From Lama guanicoe (taxonomy: Eukaryota): a DNA stretch of 64,000 nt. Positions within the stretch are counted from its first letter, which is position 1; every line of letters begins with the position of its first letter. Location of the stretch: NCBI GenBank assembly GCA_013239625.1, contig MU053933.1:560001-624000 (forward strand). The letters run 5' to 3'. The notes beneath the pieces were generated by a model. It ran no database searches. It had not been told where the DNA came from and saw only the letters and a list, made by a program, of their open reading frames with translations. Made by a program: the position numbers and the translations under genes. This document shows positions 1 to 60,335 of this stretch, piece after piece.

Positions 1-399
1 TCCTGATGCAGATGAAGGCTTTAAGAGGTTAGGAACTGGCCCAGCATCACAGAGGACCAGTGATGCAGCTGCCATCCCACCCACCACTGTCTGCGTGCAG
101 ATGCCTGGGTGTGCCGGCGTGTATGTGCACACACACATTTGCACATACACTCACAGAGTTCTAGCAAGAAAGAAGAGCATCGTCCCTTCTGTTCTCACCT
201 TCGCAAGTTGACAATTGACAAAGGGTGGTCACAAACACTCCTGGCTCTGCATTGGTTGTCCGGTTCTGGGAGACCTGACACCCTCTCCTCCTTGGTCCTC
301 TCCCTCTTCATCTTCAAAGCCCCTCCACTCACTTCCTTGCTCCCACACTCCTCATAACATCTACTGTGCCTCACTCAGGATTGTTCTGTGACTTCCAGA

Positions 400-3300
400 T
401 GTTTGTATTTTGAGAGAATTATAGTTGTAAGAAAGAACACAGATAGATTCCATGGAAGCCCTCACCCTGTTTCCCCAAGTGGTTACACTTGCAAAACTGT
501 GGCAGAACCCCGCAGCTGGGATGCTGAACTTGGTCCAGCCCGGATACAGAGCATTTCAGGCCCGCAAGGGTCCCTTTGGCTGCCCCCTTATAGCCACACC
601 CTCTCTCCTTCCGCTCCATCCCCTCCTTGACTTCTGACAGTCACAAACCTCCTCCCCGTTTCTATAGTTTTGTTGTTTCGAGAATGTTACATAAATGGAA
701 TCACACAATATGCAACCTCTTGGGATTGGCTTTTCCATGAGAATTCTCTGGAGGTCCACCCAGGCTGTTGCGTGCATCGACAGTCCTTTCCTTTTCACTG
801 CTGAGTAGCATTCCACGGTGTGGGTGGGCCCCATCCACCTGTTGAAGGACTTCTGGGCTGTCTGCAGATTTGGGCTGTTGCAAATAAACCTGTCGTGAGC
901 ATTTGTGTACCAAGTTTTGTGAATGTAAGCCTTCGTTTCTCTGGGCTAGACGTCCAGGAGTACGACTGCGGGCTGAATGGCAGTTTCATGCTCAGCTCTT
1001 GCAGAAACTACTGGGCTGCGTTCCAGGCTGGCTGTACCTCTTACATCCCACCAGCAAGGCGCGAGTGGTCCAGGTTATCTGCACCCTCCAATTCGGTGGT
1101 CGCGCACTATTTTGTTTTTATTTTAGCCGTCCTAATGGTGAGCAGTGCCATCTGATCGCGGTTTTAACTTGCATTCCTTTAATGGTTGATGCTGCTAAAC
1201 TTCTTTTCACCTGCTTGTTTACTATCTGTGTCTCTTTTTCTGTGAAATCCCTTCATGCCTTCTGCCCGTTTTCGGACTGGATGGCTTGGTGGTTTTCACC
1301 GTTGAGTTCTGAGAGGGCTTCACATGTTCTAGACACTGGTCCTCTGTCGGACGTGAGATTACACTTATTTTCTCCCCGTCCGTAGCTTGACTTTTCATCT
1401 CTCTAACAGCGCCTTTGTCCGAGTCAAGGGGTTTCATATTGATGCAGTCTCGTTTATGAATGTCTCATTTCATGGACCATGCTTTTCGTGTTCAAAAGCT
1501 CTTTGCCTGGCCCTAGATGCCATATTTTCTCCTACCTTTTTCCCTAAAAGATTTATGACGTTACACTTAGATCTGAGATGCATTTTGAGTTGACTTTCAC
1601 ACAAGGCACAAGGCTGAGGCCAGCTTCTTTTCCTTTTTGCCTACTGATGTCCAACTGCTTTAGCATCATTTATGGAAAAAGCTGTTCTTCTTTCACTGAA
1701 GCGCTCTGAACCTATGTCAAAAGCAGTCAAGCGTATTCATGTGAGTCTAACTCCAGACTTTCCATTCTATTCCACTGATCTTTGTGTCTCTCCTTTTGCC
1801 AAACAGCCTGGATTACTGTAGCCATAAGGAGTCTTGAAATCAGGTAGACTAATTTCCCCCTACTTTCTTCTTCTTTCATAAAATTGTTTTAACTATTCTA
1901 ATTCCTTTGCCCTACTAAAACTTTTAGACTATCTTGTTTATGTCTACAGAAAAAAACTTGTTGGGATTTTGATGGGAATTGCATCAAACCTGTATATTAA
2001 TTGGGAAATAATTGACATCTTTACCATGTTAATTCTTCCAAATCCATAAACATGACTTGTCTCTCCACTGTTAAAGGTTTTCTCTGATCTCTTCCATCGG
2101 CACGTTGTAGTTGTTAGTATACAGACCCTACGCATGATTTTGTTGGGTCTGTACCCAACTATTTACCTTTGTTTGAGCAATTGTAAATGACACACTATTT
2201 TAGAGTTCGGTGTCCGTATGTTCACTGCTAGGATATAGACAAGAAATTTATTTTTGTAGGTTTACCTTGCATCCTGTGACCTTGCTGGCCTCACTTACTG
2301 CTTTAGGATTGTTTTTGTGATTCCTTGGGATTTCCTATGAAGACAAGGATGTCATTTGCAGCTGGAGACAGTTCTGTTTTTCCCTTTCAAATCTGTGTGC
2401 CTGTTATTCCTTTCACCTTCCACGCAGGTTAGAATTTCCAGCACTTTGTTGAGTAAGAGTGGTGAAAGCAGATATCTTTGCATTATTCTTGCTCTTAAAG
2501 GGGCAGCATTCAGTCTGTCACCACTAATTAGAATGTTAGCTGTAGCTTTCTTGTAGCTGTTCTCTATCGGGTTGAGGAAGCTGCCCTCAATTCCTGTTTT
2601 TCTGATAGTTTTTTTAAAAATCATGAATAGGTGTTGAACTTTGTCCCGTGTTTTTTAATGCATCAAATGACATGATCATGTGATTTTCCTTCTTTAGTCT
2701 GTTTAATATGATGTACGACATGAAGCAGTTTCAAATATTGAACCACCTTGGCCTGCCTGCAATAAATCCCCCTTGAACACAGTACATAAGTTTCAAATTA
2801 CATTGCGGAATTCTGTTTGCTGTATTTTCTTAAGGATTTTTGCATCTATATTTATGAGGGGTATTGGACTGTATTTCCTTTTTTTCATACTATCATTGTC
2901 TGGGACCAAGGGAATACTAGCCAAATTAAATCAATTGGGAAGAATTCCTTCCTAAACCATCTGGGCTTGGAGAGTTCTACACTGGGAGTTTTAAAATTAT
3001 GAATTCAATTTCCTTGATAGTTACAGGGCTATTCAAATAACCTATTTTTAATAGTATTATTTGGGGAGGGTAATTAGGTTTATTTATTTATCTATGTTTA
3101 ATGGAGGCACTGCAGACTGAATTCAGGACCTCATCACGCTAAGCACACACTCTGCCCCTGAGCTCTACCTTCCCCCCAACTCAAATACCCTATTTTATAT
3201 TCAGTGAATTGTAGGGAATTTTAGGAATCCAAGTTGTCAAAATTATGTGTGTAGAGTCATTTGTTGTGTTCCCTTACCGTCCTTTGGACGTCTGTGGGGT

Positions 3301-6300
3301 CTGTAATGATACCCCTGCTCCCCCCAACTTTAACGTTGGTAATTTGTGCCCTCTCTTTTTTCTTTGTCAGTCTTGCTGGAGGTTTGTCAATTTTATTGAT
3401 CATTTCTAAGAACCAGCTTTGTATTTCATTGATTTTCTTTAATGTTCTTCTATTTTTAATTTGATTTATTTCTGCTTTTATCTTTATTATTTTCTTTTGG
3501 CTAATTTGGTTCTTCTTTTCCTGCATTCGTGAGGTGGGAGTTTATGTGACTGATCTGAGACTTTTCCTCATCTCCAATTTACATGCCTTTTCAGTGCTGC
3601 AGATTTCCCTCTGTGCACTGCTGTAGCTGTGTCCCACTATATGTGTGCTTTCATTTTAACTCAGTTAACTGTATTTTGCACAGCCCTCAAGATCCCCTCT
3701 TCGGATTATTTCAAAATGATTTGCAGTGTTCAGGGATTGTCCTATTGTCTTCCTGTTACTGATTCTTAGTGTGGTTACATTCGGGTCAGAGAGCACATGC
3801 TTATAATTTCAGTTCTTTTAAGTTTGTTGAGATTTGTCTTACGGCCCAGGATACAGTCCATCTTGGTGTATGTTCCATGAACATTTGAAGAGAACATGCA
3901 TCTCCCGTTGTTGGACGGAGTGCTCTGTCAGTGCTGACTGGGTCCTGCGGGAACAGTGCTGCTGGCTTTCTGTCCAGCTGTTCCAGCGAATATCAGGGAA
4001 GAGGTGCTGAAGCATCTGTCAGTCTTTGCTTCACACGTTTTACAGCTCTGTGGTGTGGTTCATACACACTTAGAACTGTTATGTTTCCATGGTGATTGGC
4101 CCTCTTGTCGTTATACGACGTCCCTTTCTATCTGTGGTCATTTTCTTTACCCGACGTCTACTTTATCTGACACTTACGTAGCCCCCTCCCCGATTTCTTT
4201 AACGTTTGTATGATATGCCATTTCCATCTTTTTACTTTCAAGCTGCCTATACCATAGTGAATTTCTTATAGACATTATGTAGTTGGGTTATGTTCTTAAT
4301 CCGCTCGGCCAATCTCTCTGTTTTAATTGGTGTAGTCCATTTACAGTTAACGTAAGTATTGACGTGGGGGGCCTGGGTATGCACTGTATCTTTTGTTTTC
4401 CCTGTGTTCTCTGTTTTTCATCTCCCTGTTTGTTTGTTTGTTTTTTCCTGCTCATATTTTTATTATTTTTATAACTCCTTCTTGGGAATTACTTGAATAT
4501 TGTTCAGAATTCCATTTTGATTTATCTATAGTGTTTTTTATATTTTTACTGAAGTACAGTCAGTTTACAATGTCATGTCATGTGTAGTGTTTTGAATGCA
4601 TCTCTTTGTGCAGATTTTTAATGGTTTCTCTAGGTCTGTGATTACATAAGCACGATTTCTCAGTCTACTGACGTCATAGTTTTATAAGTTTGAGTGCCAC
4701 GTAGAAACTTCATCTCCCTTTATACCTCTTTGGCCTCCTTTGTTAATAATATAATTGTCTTAAATATTTACATACATTTAGAAGCACATCAGATAGTATT
4801 ACAATCTTTGCTTGTTCTGCTTGTTTGTTGTTTTGCTTGTTTGTTTCATCAAACAAAATTTGGAACATTCAATGGCAAAAGGAAAGTCTATTCATTTATG
4901 CACATTTTTACTTAGTGTTTTTTCTTCCTTCTTGATGTGCAGTTTCCTTATTTTCTTTATGTTTAAAGAACTTCCTTTATGCATTCTTTTGTGGTATGTC
5001 TCCTGGTGACAAATTCTGTCAGTTTTCCTTTGTCTGAAAGTGTCTTGATTTCCCTTCATTCCTGGATAGTTTGTCTGGATATAGAAATCTGGGTTGGCAG
5101 GTTTTTGTTTTTGTTTTTCAACAAGTGAAAAGTGTTCTGCTAACTCTTTCTGGCCTCTGCTGTTTCTGATGAAAAATGCACTGTCATTTTAATTACTTTT
5201 CCTCTCCAGGTAAGATGCCACATCTCTCTCACTGCCTTCATGATCTCTTCTCTGTCTCTAGTTTTCAGACGTTTGACTGTGGTGTGTCTCGGTGTAGACT
5301 GCTTTAGGTTTCCCATGTTTGCAGTTTGCTTGACTTCTTGAATCTGTAGATTTCTGTCTTTTGCCAAATTTGGGGAATTTTTAGCCATTATGTTTTGGAG
5401 TACTTTTTCGGCCCCCTCAGCCCCACTTCTGTGACTGTTAGACCCTCTGTTGTAGTCCTGCGGATCTCCCAGGCTCTGATCATTGTTTGCACACCCTGTT
5501 TTCTTTACGTTGTTCAGACTGGGTGATCTCTGTTGTTCTATTTTCCAGTTCACTGATTCTTTCCTTTCCCCCCTCCATTCTGCTGTTGAGCCCATCCACT
5601 GAGTTTTTCATTTTGGTTATTGCATTTTTCAGTTCTAAAATTTCCATTTTCTTCTTTACATCTTCTATTTCTTTGCTGAGACTTTCTATGTTTTCATTTA
5701 TTTCAAGTGTGTTCCTAATGGCTCACTAAAGCACTTTTATATGACTGTTTTAAATCTTTGTTAGTTAATTGTGGCATTTTTGTCATCGTGGTATCGGCCT
5801 CTATTGATTGGCTTTTTTCTCATTTGAATTGTGCTTTTCTCAGTTCTTGGATGATGAGTGGTTTTTGATGGAAGCCTAGATGTTTTCTGTATTATGTCAG
5901 GAGGCATTAGAGCTTATTTGAGCCTTCGGTTTTAGCTGGCTTCTGCCATCACTCAGGCAGGGGAGGAGGGAGGAGCACTGCTTCATCGCTGCCAAGCAAG
6001 GGTAGAAGTCCCGGTTCTCTGCTCAGCCTCTGCTGGCATCCAGGGGAGGGGCTTCTCGTTACTGCCGGGAGGGGTGGGAGTCCTGACACCCCCCGTGCCT
6101 CCCTGGCGGGGAGAGGTAGGGGACCTTACTACTGCTCCCCACACACTCTCCACTGGCATCATGGTCTGTGGGGAGTACAGTGTTCTCATTACCACTGGGT
6201 GCTGGTGAAAGTCCAGTCTCTGCTGGTTCTCCTCTGCCACCACCCCCACGAGGAAGAGAAAGGCTCCTTACTCCTGCCCACAGTGGGCAGACCCCGACCC

Positions 6301-6805
6301 CCATTTGGTCGTCTCGGCATCACTTTGACAGGGGGTGACTTGGGGGGGCAGGCTTTGGAGCCTCCCTGCAGCCTGAGGAGAGCAGCAGTCTAGGCTCCCC
6401 CTCCGTCTCCGCTGGGGTGAGCGGGGTGGGGAACCTGCCGAGTGATGTTTAGCTGGAGCAGAGCAGTGAGCAGTGACCATCTACACATTTTCTATGGCGC
6501 TAGGTTGCTCCTTTTCTGTCCCTGTGGTTAGAGACAGTCTTTTGTGGGAGCTTTTTGTTTGTGCCCTTTGGCATTTCCAGGTTGTTGGCTTCTTCATAGG
6601 AAAGTATGGGATATATGTGGCCAAAAGAAAACCCAGGGGCCTCACCACAGCATGCTTCCTGGGGTCCCAGGGCCCCTGGCTGGTCCACCTTGACCTCCCC
6701 ACCTCCCAGAGTCCCTTCATGCTTGTTTTGGGTGCTGTCCAGAGCCTTCAGCCGTGCCAGGCAGAGATGAGAGAAGAGCAGCTTCGCCCCGTCTCCCTGC
6801 CAGCC
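400..6805 (-). mobile_element. Ancient, degenerate, near full-length LINE-1 (L1M, L1MC-like 3' end)
   Basis: Minus-strand L1 peptide remnants in the correct order: ORF1 (5140-5595, ...NSPNLAKDRNLQIQEV...STPRH...FSSETAEAR); ORF2 (3257-3526, KIIKIKAEINQI...SWFLEMINKIDKP); RT (2352-2624, ...LLSPLLLNKVLEIL); post-RT (1944-2135, [10 protein letters not shown]...[12 protein letters not shown]); C-terminus (556-834, HTVECYSAVKR). Many stops and frameshifts; ends approximate. Confidence 0.85.
3049..3180 (-). mobile_element. tRNA-derived SINE (camelid Vic-1-like) inserted into the old L1
   Basis: Reverse complement shows a tRNA A/B-box-like head and an ...AATAAATAAACCTAATTACCC tail; flanked by TCAAATA(A/C)CCTATTTT at 3033-3048 and 3181-3196 (target-site duplication, TSD). 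Confidence 0.8.
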
Positions 6806-9800
6806 TGCCCAGGACTTTGAAAGGACCAAACTTGGGCTTCCTGTCCCTGTCCAAAATAGGTTTGGCCTATTCTCAACTAATATTTGGCAGCTGTTAAAAA
6901 AAAAAATGGAAAATGTGCCCAGCAGGGATCAGGAGACCTAGGCCCTGGCCTGGGCCTTGTAGCTCTGGGCAGGTTTCAAACCTCGTGGAGCCTCTGTCTC
7001 TTTATTTCCAGGGGCAGGATAATTTGCTGAGATAATCTGACACTGATTTCCCTGCTCTAGCTATTTCCCTCTCTCTTTCCTTAAAAAGCAGCCAAGACTT
7101 TTTTTTTTAAATTAAATTGATTTTCTCTCACCTTGGGGGCTTTTGAGTTGCCGGGTTCTGTCCAGAAGTTTCCAAGTGTGTGCAAGAGAATCTCCCTAAC
7201 CAGACTTTCGCTTTCAAAAGCTGAGGTTCAACAAGGTGATGGCCAAGTCTTCCTGGAGGGGAGGGGATGGAACTGGGCTCTGGAGGACAGAGGCAGGAGG
7301 TAGAGGAACAGTTTCCCAGGCCTGGAGAGGGGAGAGGTCGGGGTGCAGATCCCAGGAGAGCTCAGGTGTCCCAGGGAAGCAGGAGGACTTCTGCCGGGTG
7401 ACTAGGGTGCTGAGCACACTGGACCTGAGTTGTGACCTTCGGAGCCATGGAGAGCTTTGGAGCTCTGGGCTCCAGCGGGCCTGGTGTGGAGGCACTGCCT
7501 TCCAGGGACCAGAGGCAGATGATCTGACTGAGAGGAGAAACAGAATGTGGTCTCTCTTGCCCCTGGGGCTTGGGTATCAAATTCACACGTCTTCCGTGGT
7601 GCTACTGCCATCCTACCCTGAAGGGGCGTTCTGAGCATCACTGGGGGTAATGCACATTACAGCACTTTTCAAACCATTGGATGGAGTGTTCTGATGGCTC
7701 TGGGTCGGGGTTGTGTTGTAGGACTGTGGTGATTGACAGAGAGTCGGGGAGGGCAGCTCCTCAGAGGAAAGTGGGTGCCCAGTGGCCCAGGGCTACCAGC
7801 TGTGTCCCCGCTGGGACCTCCCAGGCAGCAATGGGGGCTTTTATTTACGTGTGGGAAGGAGGGCTCCAGTAATTTTTCAGTGTCCGCCTCTGAGACTTGT
7901 CTCCTAATCCTCAGCTTTGAAGGTCATCTCATCGCCAGATGTTATTTCCTCTTTTTTCATTTATGGAAATGATTTCCCAGCTCTTTCCCCCATTCCTTGT
8001 TCCATGCTCAAGGAAGGAAACAAGAAACTGTTTGCAATAGTTAACTGGCCTCTTGCTAACTCAGCTCATGAAATACTGACTTGCGTTTTTCTTTCCCTGA
8101 AGACATCCCTCATTAATCTCCAGGTCCCTCTGACCTTCTGGGCTCTTCCCTCTGCCTCCCTCCACCCTGCACCCCACTCTCAGCTCTGAAGTCCTGCTCT
8201 GCTCCCACCTCCCGCATGCTGGGGAAAGAGGGGCTCCTCTCTGGGGCTGGGTTGGCTCCCGCATGTGATGGGGGCGTGCGTCTGGACATTGGAGACAGAC
8301 ACTGTGGGGTCAGGAGGGCCAGCAAGAGAGGAGTCAAGCAAACCATAGAGAGGAAAATGATGTTGCTTTAAAACAGACTGATCTACAGAGAGTCCTCATT
8401 TGGTGCGTGGCCTCGCCCTGGGCTATCAGCCTCCCTGCAGACTCGGTCTCTGCTTCTGCTCCTTTTCCGTCCTTTCCCGTCAAGAGCTAAGCCATGGTCC
8501 TCTCTGCACCTGTTCTCACCTCTTAAGGTTCTTACTTTCTCTTCCTCTCCTTCATTCCTGCCTTCTTCTTTCCCTCCCACCTCCTCCCTCTGTCTCTTTC
8601 TCATTCTCTCTCTCTCTCTTCCTTTTAAAAAGTGGAGGCAGTGGCTCCTATGTGAACAGAGGTAGAAAGGGCCCCGTCGCCACTAATTCTCTGCTGACCC
8701 AAGTGAAGGAGTCAGAGACGCCGAGAAGGCAGGGACCGTGACCAGAAGGCAGGTCTCCAGCCCAGCCAAGGGCGAGGCTCTGACAGGGATGCTATGTTGT
8801 CGGGGGCCTAGGGACCCAGTGGGCACAGGGCTCCTCCCTCTCCTCCTCGCCTCCCAGGAGCCCCCACCACATGTCCCACCACCATCAGCCTGGGGAAGAG
8901 ACATGCCCCTCTTTCCTTCTGGCTGTTACAACACCAGATTCTGCTTTTATATCACAGAAAATGTTAACTTTCAGAGTCAGAGCTTTGGGTTGTAAAAAGC
9001 CAGCCAACAAACAGCTCCCTATGCCACCTCTCCAAGATCAAGTTTGGTTGAGGCTTCGGGAAAGGAAACCCCATCAACCCTCAAATTGCTGGAGTGCAGG
9101 CATTGATGTGGCGAGAGGGCAACTGGGGACAGGGGCAGGGGACCAGGCTTCGGTAGTCTTTTGTTTTCCTCCAGGCACTGGTGGCGCACCAGATGTGGGA
9201 GATGTTCCCCTGGAGGAACACTGCCGGGCAGGCACCTTCCCACACTGGGGGCTTCGTGCGCGCTACCAACAGCTGGGGTGGGGGAGCCAGGGGATCGGGG
9301 GCGGGAGCTACTGACCGATAGCTGAGGAGCCCAGACAGAGCCCTTTTGCAGGCACTGTTCCCGGGGCTGGGGATCCATCAGTGGATGGACTTTCCTGTCC
9401 GTGTAGAGCTTACAGTCTAGAGGGGAGTGGTGGGCAGTCAGCACAACCAATAGTAAATTAATCCTGTGATGCAAGACCACAAGGAGGCGTAGCGTCAGGG
9501 GTGAGGCGGTTTGGTGGGGGTGCAGGTCCCTAGGGCAGGACACTTGAAGGGCTGACTCCTAAAGGGCAGGAATGCAGTAGAGCAGAGGCCCGGGTGTCAC
9601 CAGCTTGCCTCTGGCGGGCCCTGCCTTAAACTGCACAGCAAGAGCGCCTCTGACTTAGACCAGGAATAATTTCTAGAATATCTTAAGCTCATGGAACAAG
9701 TTAAAAAGTATCCAACTTAGATAAGAACCTCAGCTTTCCATTCTTTCCCCATTACTGTCTGACTGCACTTGAGGGCTGAGTTTCCCCTGTTCTGGCCGCC

Positions 9801-11479
9801 CCAGGTCCCCAGTGTTGAGGCCAGATTCCAGCACGGCAGGGATTTCTGAGTGTCTGTTGAAGGCATGGCTGAAATCATAGGTCTTGGAAGAAAAATGAAG
9901 TTCAAGTTGGTGTAGCTCTATAGTTGAGCTGAAGAAAGTCAGCCGGGCAGGGTCCACACAACATTAATTCAGAGCTGGCCACCATGGAATCAAAGAAGGC
10001 TCAAGGCCAAATTATTGAAAGCCAGATCATCCAGATGTGAAGACGACTGTATTCATTAGATTTCTTCTTAGCCAGCTGGGAGTGGGGAGGCCAGGATGCC
10101 ATGGTTGATGTCCCCAGGTGTTTCTCTGGAAGGATCCAGAGATCTTTTGTTCCTGACCTCCACGGGTGGGACAATCCAAGTTGCCAAGCCAGCCTCACCC
10201 CTTGTCACCAGCTCCCTGCAGAAGCACACCTGGGTCAATCCACAGGCCCGCCACAAGCCCACCTGGACATCTGACTTACCCATAAGCCCACTCCCCTCAC
10301 CAGGTACCAAGAACAGAAATCTTTGTACCAGAGACCAAGTCCTCAAGGTGGCCTCTTTCTCTCATTTCCCAGCCTCAGGAGCTGGATGTCTGAAGAGAGA
10401 AACTGGGTACCCCTTGAAATGGAAGTTGGGGGATAAAGTGCAAACCAGGCAGCTGAAACTACAAACTTACAAGAAAAGTGAGCTTAGTTGGCTTCTCATC
10501 GAGCCCACTGTCCCCAGGACATCGGGTAGTTGGCTCTGCAGCCGGGCGCGTGTCCTTACCGATGATCTGAGCGGAGCCTGGGAGAAGACGCCATTAGCAA
10601 GGGGAGGGAATACTTTGAATAGGTGGCAGACCCCAAGTTTCACAGGGGACACTGAGAAGACAGAAGTCATGCAGAGAAAGGCAGGCGAGAAGCAGCAGCA
10701 TCTTCTACAGAATGATGTCGGAGGGACCAGGAATGTCTGGTCCAAGGAAGCAAAGCCTGGGGAGAAGTATGGAGCCACGGCTGAGTAGCTCAAGGCCTAC
10801 TGTGCTCGCTGATGCTGGGCGGTGGAAGACAGGGCACTCGGGGCGACAGGGAGTCCCATTAGGCACAGGGACCGCCTGCTAGCGATGACAACTACTTAGC
10901 GGTGTGGGCTGCTTGTTGAGGCAGGAGGTGTCTCCCACCTGATGTCCCCAGGCCCAGCCTGGCCCACCTGCCAGTGATGTCTCAGCAGAGATTCCTGCTG
11001 GGGTTGAGGTCTGAACTGGACGGTCCTGTGATGAGCTCCCCTTACATTTGCCTGATTGGCTCCCATACTTGAGCTCAGAGTTCCCCAAAATGGCCTCAAT
11101 GAAGCACCCATGTCCCAATCTTTCCAGATGGTTCCACTGGGGCTGCCATCCCCTTTGGCCTGTTTGGCCCATGGAACTCAAGTCAGGCCAGTCAGTCTTT
11201 GGTTTCCCCCAAGGGGCATAGTGGCTGGTTGTCAGCTGATGAAGCCAAGTCTCCTAAACCCAAGGTTCCTGACCGAATTTATGATTTATCTCTCTACCCA
11301 AACCTGTACGCCCTTTCCTGTCCCCTCTGTCCTCAGTCCTGTCCTCAATCCTGTAGTAGCAAGGACTGAAGATACAGAATGGGTGCTTGGCCCTGGCAGG
11401 TCTGAAACCAGTACACCCCGAGGCTTCCTGTTACCTCGGACAATACGTGACCTATAGCTTCAGCCAGTTGGAGCTGGGT

Positions 11480-11620
11480 TTCTTTCTTTTTTTTTTTTCT
11501 TTAACATTTTTTTATTGAGTTATAGTCATTTTACAATGTTGTGTCAAATTTCAGTGTAGAGCACAATTTTTCAGTTATACATGAACATACATATATTCAT
11601 TGTCACATTTTTTTTCACTG
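11480..11620 (-). mobile_element. Short, 5'-truncated young LINE-1 3' end
   Basis: Poly-T followed by ttttattgagttatagtcattttacaatgttgtgtc..., flanked by the perfect TSD TGGAGCTGGGT (11469-11479 and 11621-11631). Confidence 0.75.
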
Positions 11621-13758
11621 TGGAGCTGGGTCTCTGTTACTTACAACCAGAAGTCCCAATGGCAATGCCACAGATCTCACCTTCTCAGCTATTGGCCTCT
11701 TCTCGGATTTGGCACAACAGGGACAGCATTAGTAAGGGTCAGAACTGGGGCGCTAGCTGTGGACCAGGCACGTGTTTCCCACGTAGCTGAGACGATTATT
11801 GCCCCAGTGTACAGGTGTATCCGTTACGACGCTTTCCGTGGCCTGTGACAGAAAAGCCAGCAGCTCAAGCCACACCAACAAGGACTACTTTATCCCTGTC
11901 TGCCCTCTCTGGCTTCATCCTCAGTCTCTACATACTATCCCCTGGGCCATTCCCAGGAGCCTGGCAAGCATCACCTTACACTTCCCGTTCCCGACCAACT
12001 ACTGACCAAATCACATGACGTAGAACTGGGGGGTGGGGAGAGGGTCCCAGAAGGAAATTGTCAACTAATTCTTAGCAGTGGGGAGGATGGATATTGGACA
12101 CAGAATAGACACTAGTGCATCAGAACCACAAAGGCTCGTCATTCGCCCTGGCTGCAGAGCTGGGCAGGGTCCAGCCACATTCTCATGGAGAATCCCTCCC
12201 CAGCCCTGTTCTGTGCTTTTCTCCCCCTGCTCTTTGTCCTGTCTGCTCCTGGAGTAAGTGGTAGGGTGCAGGGCTGGCCACCTATCCCGGGCCCCAGAGA
12301 CGGGCCACCTTTGTCTCTGTCTTTTCACCTGAACTTTCCCAGGAAGGCTTGTGGATTTGAATCCTCTTTCCAGAACATTCAGAGTTTGTTGGCCTCCTTG
12401 TTCAGCACATTTAAGGCACCACACAGCCTGGTGGGCCCACCATGTGGAGCTTGGCCCCTGGAAATACAGCAGTCAGAGCTCCTTCCTCACAGTCAACAGT
12501 GGAGCAGAGGTGGTGCATAGGCTCCTCAAGTGAAACCGTGCAGACAAAGGCAGGGCCCTCCCTGCCTTGAACTCGTACATTATACCACCTTTCTCTCCTT
12601 TGATTTGAGGCCAGAATTTGGCTATGGTCATCAGAGCTGGCGTATGAAGTCCCCCTGCATGACATGAAGTCTTGCTGCCTTCTAGGTGAGGAGAAAGACA
12701 GGGACTTTGCGTATCTGAGGGGTACAAAGGAGGGGTGACCAGGTGTGCTGAAGGTGGGAAGACGTGCATTCCTGGCTGCGGTCCCCACACCCAAACCACT
12801 GAATGAAAGCACTAGCCTCTGAGATTGGGAGTAAGGAATGTCTTATCACCATGGTTACCAGGAAGTGGTCCCACTTACATATAATAAGGGCTTTAGCAGA
12901 CGCCAGGCCATCTGATATTCCTGTCTGGGGCCAAATGAAAGGGTGCCCAGACTCATTCCTTATGAAGTTTTGTGAACACAGCTCTGGGCCAGGTGCTGGG
13001 CCAGGTACTGGAAACACTACATCTGCAAAAAAAAAAAAAAAAAGCTTTTCTTTTCTGTTGGGGTGGAGGTGGGAGATGGGGGAGGACAGAGGCCTGGGCA
13101 TCTTCACCCAGCACCCCTTTGTTACCCAGCACTTAGCTCCGCGGCAGGCACACAGCGATGTTGCATGAGTGAGTGAGTGCGTTGCCTCAGTGTGGGAGGC
13201 CACCCCAGATATGGAGCTGCAGTGGGGTGGGGGGCGTTAGGGCGGCCATCTCTTTTTTAGCGCTCACGCTCCTGCCTGGCAGGGAGCTGCCCAACAATAC
13301 AAAAAGAAAAGAGAAGTCCCCTTGCCCTCCACCCTCCATTCCCAGGCGCCTCCTCTGACCCTACTGGCACAGCACTGCAGGTTTTAAGGTGGCAGTCCTG
13401 GCGGGGGAACCCTGCTGCCTGTCCAGGGCCCAGGGCCGCCGCGCCAGCCCCCTTGAGTTTCTGAGCTCCGAGGCTGGGAGGATCCACTGCACCTGCCCGG
13501 GCAGAGCCGCCGGCGGCTGGGGAACCGGGTTGTCCGGAGCTGGGCCAGCCGACCCCCTGCAGGAGCAAAACAAGAGCACGCGCACCTGCCGGCCCCGCCC
13601 CGCCCCTGCCAGCCCCGCCCCAGGCCCCAGCAGCAGCCCCAGCAGCAAGCGGAGACCAAGCCGGACCCCGCGCGGCGCGCAGCAGCGGAGCCTGGGGCGA
13701 TCGCAGCCTAGTGCCCGGCGCCCGTGCCCGCCGCCCGCAGCCTCGTCCCCGCCGGGGC

Positions 13759-60335
<46,577 letters not shown>

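Noticed and set aside
10096..10788. 230-aa plus-strand ORF upstream of ABCG1
   Set aside because: No recognisable domain, splice structure or processed-pseudogene hallmarks; likely a chance ORF, though a tBLASTn search would settle it
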